Of a stretch of 41,708 nt of DNA, positions 25,670 through 35,144 are shown one piece after another (position 1 is the first letter of the stretch; every line of letters starts with the position of its first letter). The stretch is from Bdellovibrionota bacterium. Lineage in GTDB: Bacteria > Bdellovibrionota_C > UBA2361 > OMII01. The translations under genes were made by a program, and so were the position numbers. The notes below the pieces were generated by a model, which searched no databases, was not told where the DNA came from, and saw nothing but the letters and a program-made list of their open reading frames with translations. The DNA is taken from NCBI GenBank assembly GCA_044345405.1, contig JBIJBE010000032.1, positions 1 through 41,708 on the forward strand. Reading direction: 5' to 3'.

Positions 25670-26638
25670 GTACGGGTAGGATATTCGCTTGAGAATCCGA
25701 AGTTGCTGAGAAACGCCGATTGCGGCGATCTCATCACCGAAATTGTCCACGATGGTTTGAACGAAGTCTTCAACCTGCTCCGGATCAACACATTCGAATC
25801 TCACCTCGAAGTCGAAACTGCCAGCGCACGACAGCATCGCGCATACGTTGGGGTGGCTTGCCATATATCTGCGGAGCTTTTCCCGAGCTGTCGGAGAGAG
25901 CCCCTTTTCAACGATCGTGATCCGAAAGGTCGAGATCCCAAGAAGTGGGGTATTGAGGAGGTACAGCTGTCCGCGTATGACCTTGAGGTCGGTAAGTTTG
26001 TCGAGCCGGTACGAGAGTGATGTTGCCGCCATCCCCGTGAGGCGGGCGAGGCCGGACGTCGTGATGGCGGGATTCCTTGATATGGTTTCAAGAATCAGGA
26101 TGTCTTGCCGCTCAAGGGGACCGACCCTCTCTTTGCTTGTCATCGTGTGGCAGCCACGCTCCTGAGAATTTAGCGCGAGATAGTTCGGAGTAAAGATAGA
26201 CCAGTCTCCGGCGATGGCGATCGTTTTTAGCGCACTGAGTCCTAGTGGGCGGGGCTGCATCGCCGGAAAAAACGAGATCATGTCAGAGGGGTCCTTGGCG
26301 AGGAAGGTCAAGGCGTACTGGTATGAGCCGCTCATCTTGGCGAGCCAGTACACGAGGGGATAGCTCTCGACCCGTTTCTCAAAGGCCATCCGTGTTTTAG
26401 ATGGGGACGTTATCCCTGAGAGGAAGACGCGGAAGTCCGTATACCCGAGGCGGTAGATATCGATCAGGTAGATCGGCTTGAGGACCTCTCGTTGGACGAG
26501 GGAGTCGCGAATGCGACGGACCTGGTGTTCTCGAATACCGAGGCGACGGGCGAGATCCTTGGCGGATGTGGTGGCGCTGTGGGTCGCGCCAGCGATGAAG
26601 ATGCGTTCGTTCTCGGAGAGGCGGATAGAGGGTTTCAT
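25628..26638 (-). CDS. Tandem double wHTH-Lrp/AsnC transcriptional regulator
   Basis: Two HTH units (SAKDLARRLGIREHQVRRIRDSL; TTSGLARLTGMAATSLSYRLDKL), each followed by an AsnC-like region (IDIYRLGY...GSYQY; LNTPLLGI...GSFDF). Start is 26638 or 26728. Confidence 0.85.
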   Translation of the reverse strand: MKPSIRLSENERIFIAGATHSATTSAKDLARRLGIREHQVRRIRDSLVQREVLKPIYLIDIYRLGYTDFRVFLSGITSPSKTRMAFEKRVESYPLVYWLAKMSGSYQYALTFLAKDPSDMISFFPAMQPRPLGLSALKTIAIAGDWSIFTPNYLALNSQERGCHTMTSKERVGPLERQDILILETISRNPAITTSGLARLTGMAATSLSYRLDKLTDLKVIRGQLYLLNTPLLGISTFRITIVEKGLSPTAREKLRRYMASHPNVCAMLSCAGSFDFEVRFECVDPEQVEDFVQTIVDNFGDEIAAIGVSQQLRILKRISYPYSTTSEGDLATAER

Positions 26639-26981
26639 GGGTACGCTATGAGGTGTCTGTGGATCGATGCCCGACTCGGCGCACATGGGCGCCTTTCCGG
26701 TCTTCGGTTCGATGATGTATGGTTCCACGCCGGTAAGACAAGCTCGAAAGTATCGTGGCTGAGCCGGGCGCTCCCCTCGCTCTCGGTTTCTTAGGATCGT
26801 GTGAAGGGTCCGACTGTTGGGAATATCAGTCGGTTAGGCTCAAAAACGGCGATCGGGCTTCCGGGTCGGGCTCTTACCCGTTGGCTTTGGTGACTTATTT
26901 CACTTTCTCTGGCTTTTGCGTGAGTCTCCCCTTTGATCTTCTCCCCTCTATGTAATAATTTCGGTTGGTTGAAGGTGATTC

Positions 26982-28757
26982 ATGAAAGAAAACGCAGACA
27001 ATCTCTACAAAATCCGACACTCCCTCGCTCACGTGATGGCTCAGGCTATCCTTGAGATTCGGCCTAACTCTAAGCTCGCCTTCGGTCCCCCGATCGATAA
27101 CGGGTGCTACTACGACTTTGATTTCGATACGCCGCTTACCCCTGACGACTTCAAGACGATCGAAAAGCAGATGCGCAAGATCATCGGACAGCGTCAACCG
27201 TTCGTTGCGTCGAGGCGCTCGGCCGCTGAGGCGGTCGAGCACCTCAAGGGGCGTGGCGAGAGCTACAAGGTCGAGTACTGCCTTGAGCTCGCTGATAAGG
27301 GCGAGACCGAGATCGGTTTCTATGTGAATGGACCGTTCGAGGATATGTGCGCTGGTCCCCACGTGAATCACACTGGGGAGATCCCCGCTGATTGTTTCGC
27401 CATCGATACCTTGGCTGGAGCCTACTGGCGTGGCGACGAGAAGAATAAGCAGCTCACCCGAGTGTACCTGCTCGCGTTTGAGAATAAGGACGAGCTTAAG
27501 AAGTACGTCGAGAAGCGAGAGTTGGCCCGCGAGCGGGAGCACCGCAAGCTCGGTAAGGAGCTCGACCTCTTTAGCATCGATCACGAAGGGGTTGGTTCCG
27601 GTCTTATCTTGTGGCACCCCAAGGGCGGGATTATTCGCCATCTCATTGAGACTCACTGCCGGAAGATGCACTTAGAGGGTGGGTACGACTTCGTGTACTC
27701 GCCGCACATCGGTCGCTCGACCTTGTGGGAAACGAGCGGGCATCTCTCGTTCTACAAGGAGGGTATGTTCGCCCCGATTGAGGTTGAGGGTCAGGAGTAT
27801 TACCTCAAGCCGATGAACTGTCCGTTCCACTGTAAGATCTATGACGCGGTTCCAAAATCGTACCGAGATCTTCCGAAGCGTTTCGCGGAGTGGGGCACCG
27901 TATACCGTTTTGAGCGTAGTGGAACCCTTTCAGGTCTCACCCGTGTTCGTGGATTCACTCAGGATGACGCGCATCTCTTCTGTCGTGAGGACCAGATGCC
28001 GGAGGAGATCGACACCGTTCTCAATTTCAGCGTTAACCTTCTCCGTGATTTCGGTTTGAAGGACTTTCACCTCTACCTGAGCACTCGTCCTGAGGGCAGA
28101 GTGGGCGCCGAGGAGAAGTGGGATGCGGCCGAGGTCGCTCTTAAAGCGGCGCTCGATCGGAGTGGACTTCCATACTCACTCAATGAGGGTGATGGGGCTT
28201 TCTACGGTCCGAAGATCGACATCTGCGTTAAGGACATGCTCGACCGCCAATGGCAGTTAAGCACGATTCAGTTCGACTTTAATCTCCCTGAGCGGTTCGA
28301 CCTTTCGTACATGGATGCTGATGGAACGAAGAAGCGCCCGTATATGATTCACCGCGCGTTGTGCGGGTCCATGGAACGATTCTTCGCCATCCTCATTGAG
28401 CACTTCGGTGGGGCGTTCCCAACGTGGCTCGCTCCCGTTCAAGCGGTGCTTGTACCGGTCAATGAGGGGTGTAACGAGTTCGTTACTACGTTGAGCTCGG
28501 AGCTTAACGCGCAGGGCTTCCGCACTGAGGTGGATCTCGCCGCTGATTCCTTTAATAAGAAGATTCGAAACGCGGTGACCCGAAAAGTTCCGAACATCTT
28601 GATCGTTGGTAACAAAGAGGTAGAGACGAACTCGGTGACCCTTCGCCGTTACTGTGTAAAGGAACAGGTTACCCTCTCCGTGCCTGAATTCCAGACTCGT
28701 CTTATCAAGCTTCGCGATGGGCGCGTTATGGACAACGACCCAACGGTAGCGGTGTAA
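26982..28757 (+). CDS. thrS: Threonine--tRNA ligase, short form lacking the N-terminal TGS domain
   Basis: RHSLAH, DMCAGPH, GAYWRG, HRKLGKEL, KPMNCPFH, RVRGFTQDDAH, FYGPKID, HRA.CGSMERF. Confidence 0.98.
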   Translation: MKENADNLYKIRHSLAHVMAQAILEIRPNSKLAFGPPIDNGCYYDFDFDTPLTPDDFKTIEKQMRKIIGQRQPFVASRRSAAEAVEHLKGRGESYKVEYCLELADKGETEIGFYVNGPFEDMCAGPHVNHTGEIPADCFAIDTLAGAYWRGDEKNKQLTRVYLLAFENKDELKKYVEKRELAREREHRKLGKELDLFSIDHEGVGSGLILWHPKGGIIRHLIETHCRKMHLEGGYDFVYSPHIGRSTLWETSGHLSFYKEGMFAPIEVEGQEYYLKPMNCPFHCKIYDAVPKSYRDLPKRFAEWGTVYRFERSGTLSGLTRVRGFTQDDAHLFCREDQMPEEIDTVLNFSVNLLRDFGLKDFHLYLSTRPEGRVGAEEKWDAAEVALKAALDRSGLPYSLNEGDGAFYGPKIDICVKDMLDRQWQLSTIQFDFNLPERFDLSYMDADGTKKRPYMIHRALCGSMERFFAILIEHFGGAFPTWLAPVQAVLVPVNEGCNEFVTTLSSELNAQGFRTEVDLAADSFNKKIRNAVTRKVPNILIVGNKEVETNSVTLRRYCVKEQVTLSVPEFQTRLIKLRDGRVMDNDPTVAV

Positions 28758-28758
28758 C

Positions 28759-29469
28759 TTACGGACTTGGTGGTTCGGGCCGATAGCCCTCATGAGTCCG
28801 TCTCGGTTGGCTTCGCTCGCTAAACTGTCGTAGGAACCAGCCCGCGGCCAGTCCGGCGACGGTGTCGAGCGAGCGTCCCTCCTCGAAGAGGTGACTGGCT
28901 CCGGGGATGATCGAGATCTGTTTTTCGCAGCCGACCTGACTGAGGGCTTTCCTGTTCAGAGCCTCGACCTCCGGGTCGTTCCCTCCAACGATGAGAAAGA
29001 GCGGGGCGTGTAGTTGATGAAGGGCCTCTCCCGCCAGGTCCGGTCTGCCGCCGCGAGACACTACAGCTGAAATCGTATCCCCTAAGAGGACCGCTGCCTT
29101 TATCGCCGCGGCCGCGCCCGTGCTCGCTCCAAAGAGTCCTATTGGGACATTTGGGATTATGGGGTGATCCCGAACCCACTCGACGGCGCGAACGAGCCTC
29201 CAGGTCAGGAGCTCTATGTCGAACCTAGTTCGGAAAGCGGCGTCTTCCTCTGGAGTGAGGAGGTCGAAGAGGACCGTCGCGATGTGCGAGGCGTTCAGAA
29301 TCTGAGCGACCGCCTGGTTTCTCGGACTATTTCGACTGCTTCCACTGCCGTGCGCGAACACGACGACACCGACCGGCTCGGTCGGCAACGTCAGTAGGGC
29401 TGGAAGGTTAGCTCCCCTTGTTTGTATGGTTCCATCGATGACGCGAAATGAGTGTGGTGTGTAATCCAT
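28759..29469 (-). CDS. Dienelactone-hydrolase-family alpha/beta hydrolase
   Basis: FAHGSGSSRNSPRN, FDLLT, GASTGAAAA, SRGGRPDL, GASHLFEE. Confidence 0.9.
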   Translation of the reverse strand: MDYTPHSFRVIDGTIQTRGANLPALLTLPTEPVGVVVFAHGSGSSRNSPRNQAVAQILNASHIATVLFDLLTPEEDAAFRTRFDIELLTWRLVRAVEWVRDHPIIPNVPIGLFGASTGAAAAIKAAVLLGDTISAVVSRGGRPDLAGEALHQLHAPLFLIVGGNDPEVEALNRKALSQVGCEKQISIIPGASHLFEEGRSLDTVAGLAAGWFLRQFSERSQPRRTHEGYRPEPPSP

Positions 29470-29587
29470 AGGGCGAAGTCTACGATCCTCACGCGTGACT
29501 TGAGCTGTTGAGGGTCATCTCAAGGCTTAAGAAAGGCACTTTGCAGAACGAGGCCGGGGTTGTAGAAGAGGCTGATAGGGGGGCGTC

Positions 29588-30019
29588 ATGGAAGCATGGC
29601 TTCTGTTCGTTATCGGAATCTCACTCTGCGTGGCGGAGCTTATTGGTCCAACGGGCTTCTTTCTGCTCATTATTGGGCTTGGAACGTTGGTGGTTGGCGC
29701 GTTGACCTACTTCGGCGTCATCGCCAGTTGGATCGTTCAGGCTAGTGTGTTTTCGGTCGCGTCCCTCTCGTTCTGGTTTCTTTTCGGTGATTCCCTTCAA
29801 CGGTTACTTCGCTCCGGCGAAAAGGAGTACGGCGGTTTGATAGGTCAGACGGCGGTAGCTCGGGAGCCTATCGCTCCAGGCGTTAAGGGGAGTGGCGAGA
29901 TGTGGGGAGCGCCGTGGCGCATGGAGAACGTAGGAAGCTCAATCCTTGAGAGTGGGGATGAGTGTGAGGTTCTCTCGAGTGATGGTCTCGTGCTTCGTGT
30001 ACGGAAAAAGGAATCTTAA
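29588..30019 (+). CDS. NfeD family membrane protein (YbbJ-like)
   Basis: N-terminal TM helices with AEL, C-terminal OB-fold (LIGQTAV...GAPW...GLVLRV); upstream of an SPFH gene. Confidence 0.9.
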   Translation: MEAWLLFVIGISLCVAELIGPTGFFLLIIGLGTLVVGALTYFGVIASWIVQASVFSVASLSFWFLFGDSLQRLLRSGEKEYGGLIGQTAVAREPIAPGVKGSGEMWGAPWRMENVGSSILESGDECEVLSSDGLVLRVRKKES

Positions 30020-30030
30020 GGGAGTTGGGT

Positions 30031-30969
30031 ATGTCAGTAGCATTTGGGTTCGTTGTTTTTCTTATCGTCGTCACGATTTACAAGGGCGCGGTGATCGTCC
30101 CTCAACAACAACGCTATGTGGTTGAGCGTCTCGGAAAGTTTCACGCCACTCTGGACGCCGGGTTTCATGTTCTCATTCCTTACTTAGACTCCGTTCGGTA
30201 TCGGCACTCGCTCAAGGAGCAGGTAATCGATATCCCAGAGCAGGTGTGTATCACCTCCGATAACGTGCAGGTCGCCGTCGATGGGGTTGTGTACGTTCGT
30301 GTCATAGACGCGAAGTCGGCGTCCTACGGAATCGATGATTTCCTCTTCGGTATTATCCAGCTCGCGCAGACAACCCTTCGAAGTGAGATCGGAAAGATAG
30401 AGCTCGATAAGACCTTTGAGGCGCGCGCTCATATCAACTCGAACGTTGTGACTGAGGTGGATAAGGCGGCCGAGGCGTGGGGCGCGAAGGTGCTTCGGTA
30501 TGAAATTAAGAACATTACTCCTCCACGTGAGATTATAAGCGCGATGGAGAAGCAAATGAAAGCTGAGCGAGAGAAGCGGGCCGCGATCCTCGCGTCTGAG
30601 GGGCAGCGCGACGCGGCGATAAACTCCGCTGAGGGTGAGAAGCAGCGTCAGATTAAGGATTCTGAGGCGAGCATGATGTCGCAGGTTAATCGAGCGAAGG
30701 GCGAGGCTCAGGCGATACTTGAGGTCGCGCAGGCGACAGCCGCTGGACTTCAGCTCGTGGGAGAGTCCCTTCGGACCGAGGGCGGTAGGCAGGCGATGGA
30801 GCTCCGTATCGCCGAGCAGTACATTCCCCAGTTAGGACGCATCGCGCAACGAAGCAATACGGTCGTTCTCCCCGCAAACCTCACCGATCTCGGCGGCGTC
30901 CTCGCGATGGCAAAAGGGATCTTTCGTCCGGAAGCGGATTCCTCAACGAGCGATGAGAACGCTCAATAG
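30031..30969 (+). CDS. qmcA: SPFH/band 7 protein (QmcA/stomatin-like)
   Basis: VVERLGKF, EQVCITSDNV, AQTTLRSEIG, AMEKQMKAEREKRA. Start at ATG 30031 after GGAG. Confidence 0.93.
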   Translation: MSVAFGFVVFLIVVTIYKGAVIVPQQQRYVVERLGKFHATLDAGFHVLIPYLDSVRYRHSLKEQVIDIPEQVCITSDNVQVAVDGVVYVRVIDAKSASYGIDDFLFGIIQLAQTTLRSEIGKIELDKTFEARAHINSNVVTEVDKAAEAWGAKVLRYEIKNITPPREIISAMEKQMKAEREKRAAILASEGQRDAAINSAEGEKQRQIKDSEASMMSQVNRAKGEAQAILEVAQATAAGLQLVGESLRTEGGRQAMELRIAEQYIPQLGRIAQRSNTVVLPANLTDLGGVLAMAKGIFRPEADSSTSDENAQ

Positions 30970-30972
30970 CGC

Positions 30973-32754
30973 TTACTGAATTCGCTTGCCGAAGATTGTC
31001 AGGTAGGTGGCTGCGGAAACCGTGCCGAGTGCGGGGCACGGGAAGAATGAGTAGTTAATGCTCTGGGCGACTATAGCGAAGCTCTCTTCGAGTGGAACGT
31101 TTTTGAAAATAAAGGTGCCGAGAGCGTCCGTGTACGTTATGCCGAGGTGACCTCCATCAACCTCGATCCCTTCCAGTGGCGCTCCGGTGGATTCGTCTTT
31201 GATCGTACCGGGGATATCCGCGACGAGGCCTGCTGGTTGAGTGATCGTCTCCACACCTCGATCGGCGCATTGCTCCTCTAGCTGCCGAATGAGTTCCTCA
31301 AGCTTGACGACCTCCTTCTCACCGTCTGGGTTTTGGCCTCGAAGCCGTTTGAGGAACTCCTCCGAGAGGGCCAGGATCTCTTTCAGGACAATCTCACTTC
31401 CCATCACGCCAAGCGCGATCGCTGCCGCGGCAGTAATGACCGCGGTCTCAGCCGTTGTTTCGAGCTTTCGAAGGTTCTCCACAGATATTATCTTCTGAGC
31501 CGCTTTCGAGAGTGCCTCGAGAAGGTTGTTCGCTTTCTCCTGGTTGAGAGCGGCCGTGTCCTCTCGTGGTTGTCCCACTGGACGAATCGCTCCGCTTGGT
31601 GATGGTGCGGTGGAGGTTTTGCCGGGGGCCGAGTTTATCTCTGACGAAACTGGCCGTGAAATCTCAGGGGCTGACCTCCCCTCCGATTGCACGGTTGTGG
31701 TGGGGCGAGCACCGTAGAGCGTAGTTTCGAAGCGGGCAAAATCGCCCTGGTTCGCTACTGAGTGAGAGGGAAGCGGGTTATGTTCCGGCGAGGTAATCGG
31801 TTGAGGTGAGGAGCGTTCTATCGTTACCTGGAGAGCGTCACGCAGTTGTGTGAGGCGTTCGTTGACACCGGCACGAGCGTCGGTGAGGCTCGGATGTATT
31901 GTCTGAGATTGACTTGCTTCGGAGGCGGGCGGTGTTTGTGGTCGAGACGCACTGGGGTCGTTCCCTAGGAGTTGCTGAATAAGTCGGGCGGTATCGTTTC
32001 GCGGATCGTTAAGAGCATCGCGGATAGATGGTGTCACGATGGATTCAGGGATTCGAGGGGTTCGTTCGATATCGATAGTGGGCGGCGATTGTTGAGCGCC
32101 CGGCCTTTGTGGGGTCACGTTATCGGAGTTGGACGGGGTGCTAGGACGCTCCACGGTAGTCGTTGCGTCAACGAATCGCTCCTGGTGTCGAGCGATCGCG
32201 CGTTCGAGAAGCTCTCGTATTTTTTGCTCCGCCGGGGTCTCGGGTCGTGAGGTGCGGGCGTCCTCACGCGGGGTGCGATCACCCTGGTCACGTGTTTGGC
32301 GGTCCTCACGTTGTTGGCCCTCCGCGGTTCGTGCGTCATGACGTAGGTCTGGCGACCTGTGCTGGTGTCGATATCGGAATTCTCTGTGCTGTGGTTGCGG
32401 CTGATAGTGGGCCCCTGTGGGGATGGGGCCGGAGGGAAAGTAGGGCCCTTTGTCGAGGTTCCCGATGACGATCCCGTGGTCTCTGAGTCGAAGGATTGCA
32501 TCCACGAGTGCGTCCGTAGCGGTGGCGTTGCGGTGTCCGGGAGTCGTGGTGGCCGCGGGTGAGACAGCGACCCTTTGGATGATAGTAATGAGAACCTGGG
32601 TGGTTGGAGGTGAGGTCGGGGAGGTCCCAACGCCGCTCTGTGAGAGGTGCGCGGACTTAATGGATTCACGAACGCTCTGCGTATCACTCACGGGTAGCGA
32701 GTTCGAGCCCGGTTCGACGCTTTGGGGTGCGATCACCTTCGATGCTAGTTCCAC
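30973..32754 (-). CDS. Large low-complexity protein with a C-terminal carboxypeptidase-regulatory-like beta domain
   Basis: P/S/T/Q/R-rich body, one hydrophobic segment (AVITAAAAIALGVMG), C-terminal GTIKDESTGAPLEGIEV...TDALGTFIFKNV; GGAG SD before GTG. Confidence 0.75.
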   Translation of the reverse strand: MELASKVIAPQSVEPGSNSLPVSDTQSVRESIKSAHLSQSGVGTSPTSPPTTQVLITIIQRVAVSPAATTTPGHRNATATDALVDAILRLRDHGIVIGNLDKGPYFPSGPIPTGAHYQPQPQHREFRYRHQHRSPDLRHDARTAEGQQREDRQTRDQGDRTPREDARTSRPETPAEQKIRELLERAIARHQERFVDATTTVERPSTPSNSDNVTPQRPGAQQSPPTIDIERTPRIPESIVTPSIRDALNDPRNDTARLIQQLLGNDPSASRPQTPPASEASQSQTIHPSLTDARAGVNERLTQLRDALQVTIERSSPQPITSPEHNPLPSHSVANQGDFARFETTLYGARPTTTVQSEGRSAPEISRPVSSEINSAPGKTSTAPSPSGAIRPVGQPREDTAALNQEKANNLLEALSKAAQKIISVENLRKLETTAETAVITAAAAIALGVMGSEIVLKEILALSEEFLKRLRGQNPDGEKEVVKLEELIRQLEEQCADRGVETITQPAGLVADIPGTIKDESTGAPLEGIEVDGGHLGITYTDALGTFIFKNVPLEESFAIVAQSINYSFFPCPALGTVSAATYLTIFGKRIQ

Positions 32755-32996
32755 GAGCGCTCCGTAGTGGTCAGAGAGATAATCACCCTGTTATGGGCCA
32801 TTCGCGGGGGCGTGACGCTTATCGGCGAAGGGGGTAACCGATTGTTACCACGGTAATTCCTTTTGGCTGTGGGGGTAATGTTACGTCCGGAGCGAGCTCG
32901 GGCATATCGAACTGTAGCGGTCGTGACATGACGGGCTCCGTTGGGGCACCGTGACGGCGCAATCGCTATTTTTTTTTCGTTTTTGTCAGAGGTTGT

Positions 32997-33440
32997 ATGT
33001 TTCAAAACTCCCCGCGTCCTCAGTCGTCTCAAGATTCAAGTTCCCAAAGAGAGGAACAGCAAAAGCGCGACCAGCAAGCCAGTGAGGCCGTCGACGAAGC
33101 CGCCCGTCGCATGATGAGCGACGCGCAGCAGCGGAGCCTCGATCTGCAACGTCAGAATATAGACGGAAAGGTAGAAGATGTGCGCGCTAAGGAGCGGCAG
33201 GGCGCGTCGGCGCAGATGGTCGCCGATAAAGCGAAGGAGGAAACAGTTGGCAGTCTTGAGTACGATCTAGCTCGCCTTACCCCACCAAGCTTCAATGAGG
33301 ATAGGCGAGGCGAGATCCGTCTCGCGTACATGCGAGCCGTTGATCTTCACGCGAAGGAGATAGAGGCGAAGCTGGATGAAGAAAAGAAATCCTCCGCCGA
33401 GCGTGAGCGTCGAGACCCAAGCCTTGCGCTCAGCGCATAG
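32997..33440 (+). CDS. Charged coiled-coil hypothetical protein, 147 aa
   Basis: GAGG SD; Q/E/R/K-rich helical composition. Confidence 0.7.
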   Translation: MFQNSPRPQSSQDSSSQREEQQKRDQQASEAVDEAARRMMSDAQQRSLDLQRQNIDGKVEDVRAKERQGASAQMVADKAKEETVGSLEYDLARLTPPSFNEDRRGEIRLAYMRAVDLHAKEIEAKLDEEKKSSAERERRDPSLALSA

Positions 33441-33746
33441 CGCTTGAACAGCGCGTTTGGGGTACACATCCAACGTTACCACGGTGATGTTCTGTCTCGA
33501 TGTGTCGCTTCGAGTCGGTATTGTCGCGGAGATCGCGCGGATGCATGATCTACCCTCGGTGATGCGGTAGTCTCCCGTATCCCCCACACATACTTTCCAG
33601 AGAGAGAGGCAGAGCCGCTGTATCGCGGTTGTAGGTTTTGCGCGCTTCTTTCCCTCGCTCGCGAAGAGATGGCGAGGGAAGGAAGCGCTGTTGTGCGAAT
33701 CGACGGATCGATTCGAGGCTTCCGAGTGTCGTGAGGAGCATGCGGT

Positions 33747-34169
33747 ATGCTGTTAAACCGGCCAGGAGAGTGGGTTGAGGCTCAGATGCGTCTACTCGTC
33801 GCGGAGGGGTTCGATTTCACGGATCTTCGCGAGGTGGTGAACGTTCGAGATCGAATGCTTGGAGCAACCTTCGATGGACCGACCGGGCGTCTTCCATGGG
33901 GGCGCATGGATTCGGAGCGAGGGGATGTGGAGTTCCTTCGCGATCTCACCGAAGGGGGCGGATTCGGGTCTCCCCTTGGAGATCTCCTAGCGCTCGCGGT
34001 TCGAATGACCGACACGCTGAGACTGGAGCGGTTCTCTCCGGAGCTTGCATCGGCTATCGACGAGTGGTTCGACAGTCTGTCGACATGTAGAGGTGAGGGG
34101 GAGGCTGGTGATGATCACGCCGTACTGCTCATTCTAGATTGTCTCAGGCGCCAGCTTCATATCCGTTGA
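33747..34169 (+). CDS. Hypothetical protein, 140 aa
   Basis: GAGGAG upstream of the ATG; fills the gap before sod; no family recognised. Confidence 0.55.
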   Translation: MLLNRPGEWVEAQMRLLVAEGFDFTDLREVVNVRDRMLGATFDGPTGRLPWGRMDSERGDVEFLRDLTEGGGFGSPLGDLLALAVRMTDTLRLERFSPELASAIDEWFDSLSTCRGEGEAGDDHAVLLILDCLRRQLHIR

Positions 34170-34246
34170 GGTTGAATTTTTTGAGGTAGAACTCCGCTCG
34201 CACGCGAACGCTCTACCTCTCTCTGTGTAAAGCTAATCGGGAGCCT

Positions 34247-34960
34247 CTACGATGCTTCGTAGAGACGGGACACCTCGTTCCAGTTCACAACCTTCCACCA
34301 CTCTTTAAGGTAGTCAGCGCGCTTATTCTGATACTTGAGGTAGTATGCGTGCTCCCACACGTCGACGCCGAGGATCGGTGTGCCATGAACCTCCGCTACA
34401 TCCATGAGCGGATTATCCTGATTCGGTGTAGAGGTAATGACTAGGCCGGTTGGTGTTTTGACGAGCCATGCCCACCCCGATCCGAAACGACCGGTAGCCG
34501 CTGTGTTGAACTTCTCTTTGAAGGCGTCGAGTGATCCGAAACTCGCGTTAATCGCCTCAAGAAGCTTTGGCGATGGGGCGCCAGAGTCTTTCGCCGGGCT
34601 CATGATCCTCCAGAAGAAGGAGTGGTTCCACGTACCGCCGCCGTTATTGCGCACCGCGGGTGGGAAAGCCGATACAGAGGCCAGAATCGTATCGAGGGGT
34701 ATCGCCGCTTGCGGGGTGTCCTTCAGCGCCTTGTTCAGGTTGTCTACGTAGGCTTGGTGGTGCTTCGTGTGGTGGACCACCATCGTTCTCTCATCGATGG
34801 AGGGCTCGAGTGCTTTGTGAGAATATGGGAGGGCTGGAAGTGTGTAGGTTATCGGACCGGTGCCTGGCGCGGGCTGTGGAAGGTGTTTTGAGGAGCCGCC
34901 GCACCCAGAGAGGGTGAGTGCCACGAGTAGAGGGGTAATCAGAGCTAGGTAGTTGCGCAT
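34247..34960 (-). CDS. sodA: Mn-type superoxide dismutase with a lipoprotein signal peptide
   Basis: [41 protein letters not shown]; lipobox LSGC (Cys20). Confidence 0.95.
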   Translation of the reverse strand: MRNYLALITPLLVALTLSGCGGSSKHLPQPAPGTGPITYTLPALPYSHKALEPSIDERTMVVHHTKHHQAYVDNLNKALKDTPQAAIPLDTILASVSAFPPAVRNNGGGTWNHSFFWRIMSPAKDSGAPSPKLLEAINASFGSLDAFKEKFNTAATGRFGSGWAWLVKTPTGLVITSTPNQDNPLMDVAEVHGTPILGVDVWEHAYYLKYQNKRADYLKEWWKVVNWNEVSRLYEAS

Positions 34961-35108
34961 ACGCGGTTTCCTCCATGGAAAGGTCGCCCCAGAGTACCTG
35001 ACGAGGTGGCTAGGGAACAGGCGAAAAGTGGATGTTCCGCGCTACGTCATGATCCTTGTCGCCTCAAAGTTCTTGGTCGCGGTATACTGAGATAGCGGTG
35101 AAGGGTGA

Positions 35109-35137
35109 TTGCGATAAACCGCCTGGCTTACTACCCT
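35109..35137 (+). promoter_or_regulatory. Sigma70 promoter giving a leaderless FHA-gene mRNA
   Basis: TTGCGA (35109-35114), 17 nt, TACCCT (35132-35137), 7 nt, ATG at 35145. Confidence 0.5.
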
Positions 35138-35144
35138 AAAGGTT

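Noticed and set aside
18339-26900. Genomic island integrated at tRNA-Leu
   Set aside because: Accessory-looking genes follow the tRNA, but I found no integrase and no duplicated tRNA 3' end by eye.
26895-27671. 258-aa minus-strand ORF
   Set aside because: Antisense shadow of thrS.
33267-33741. Possible frameshifted minus-strand gene (ORFs 33550-33741 and 33267-33587)
   Set aside because: No family resemblance, and it overlaps the better-supported 32997-33440 gene; cannot be supported without a search.
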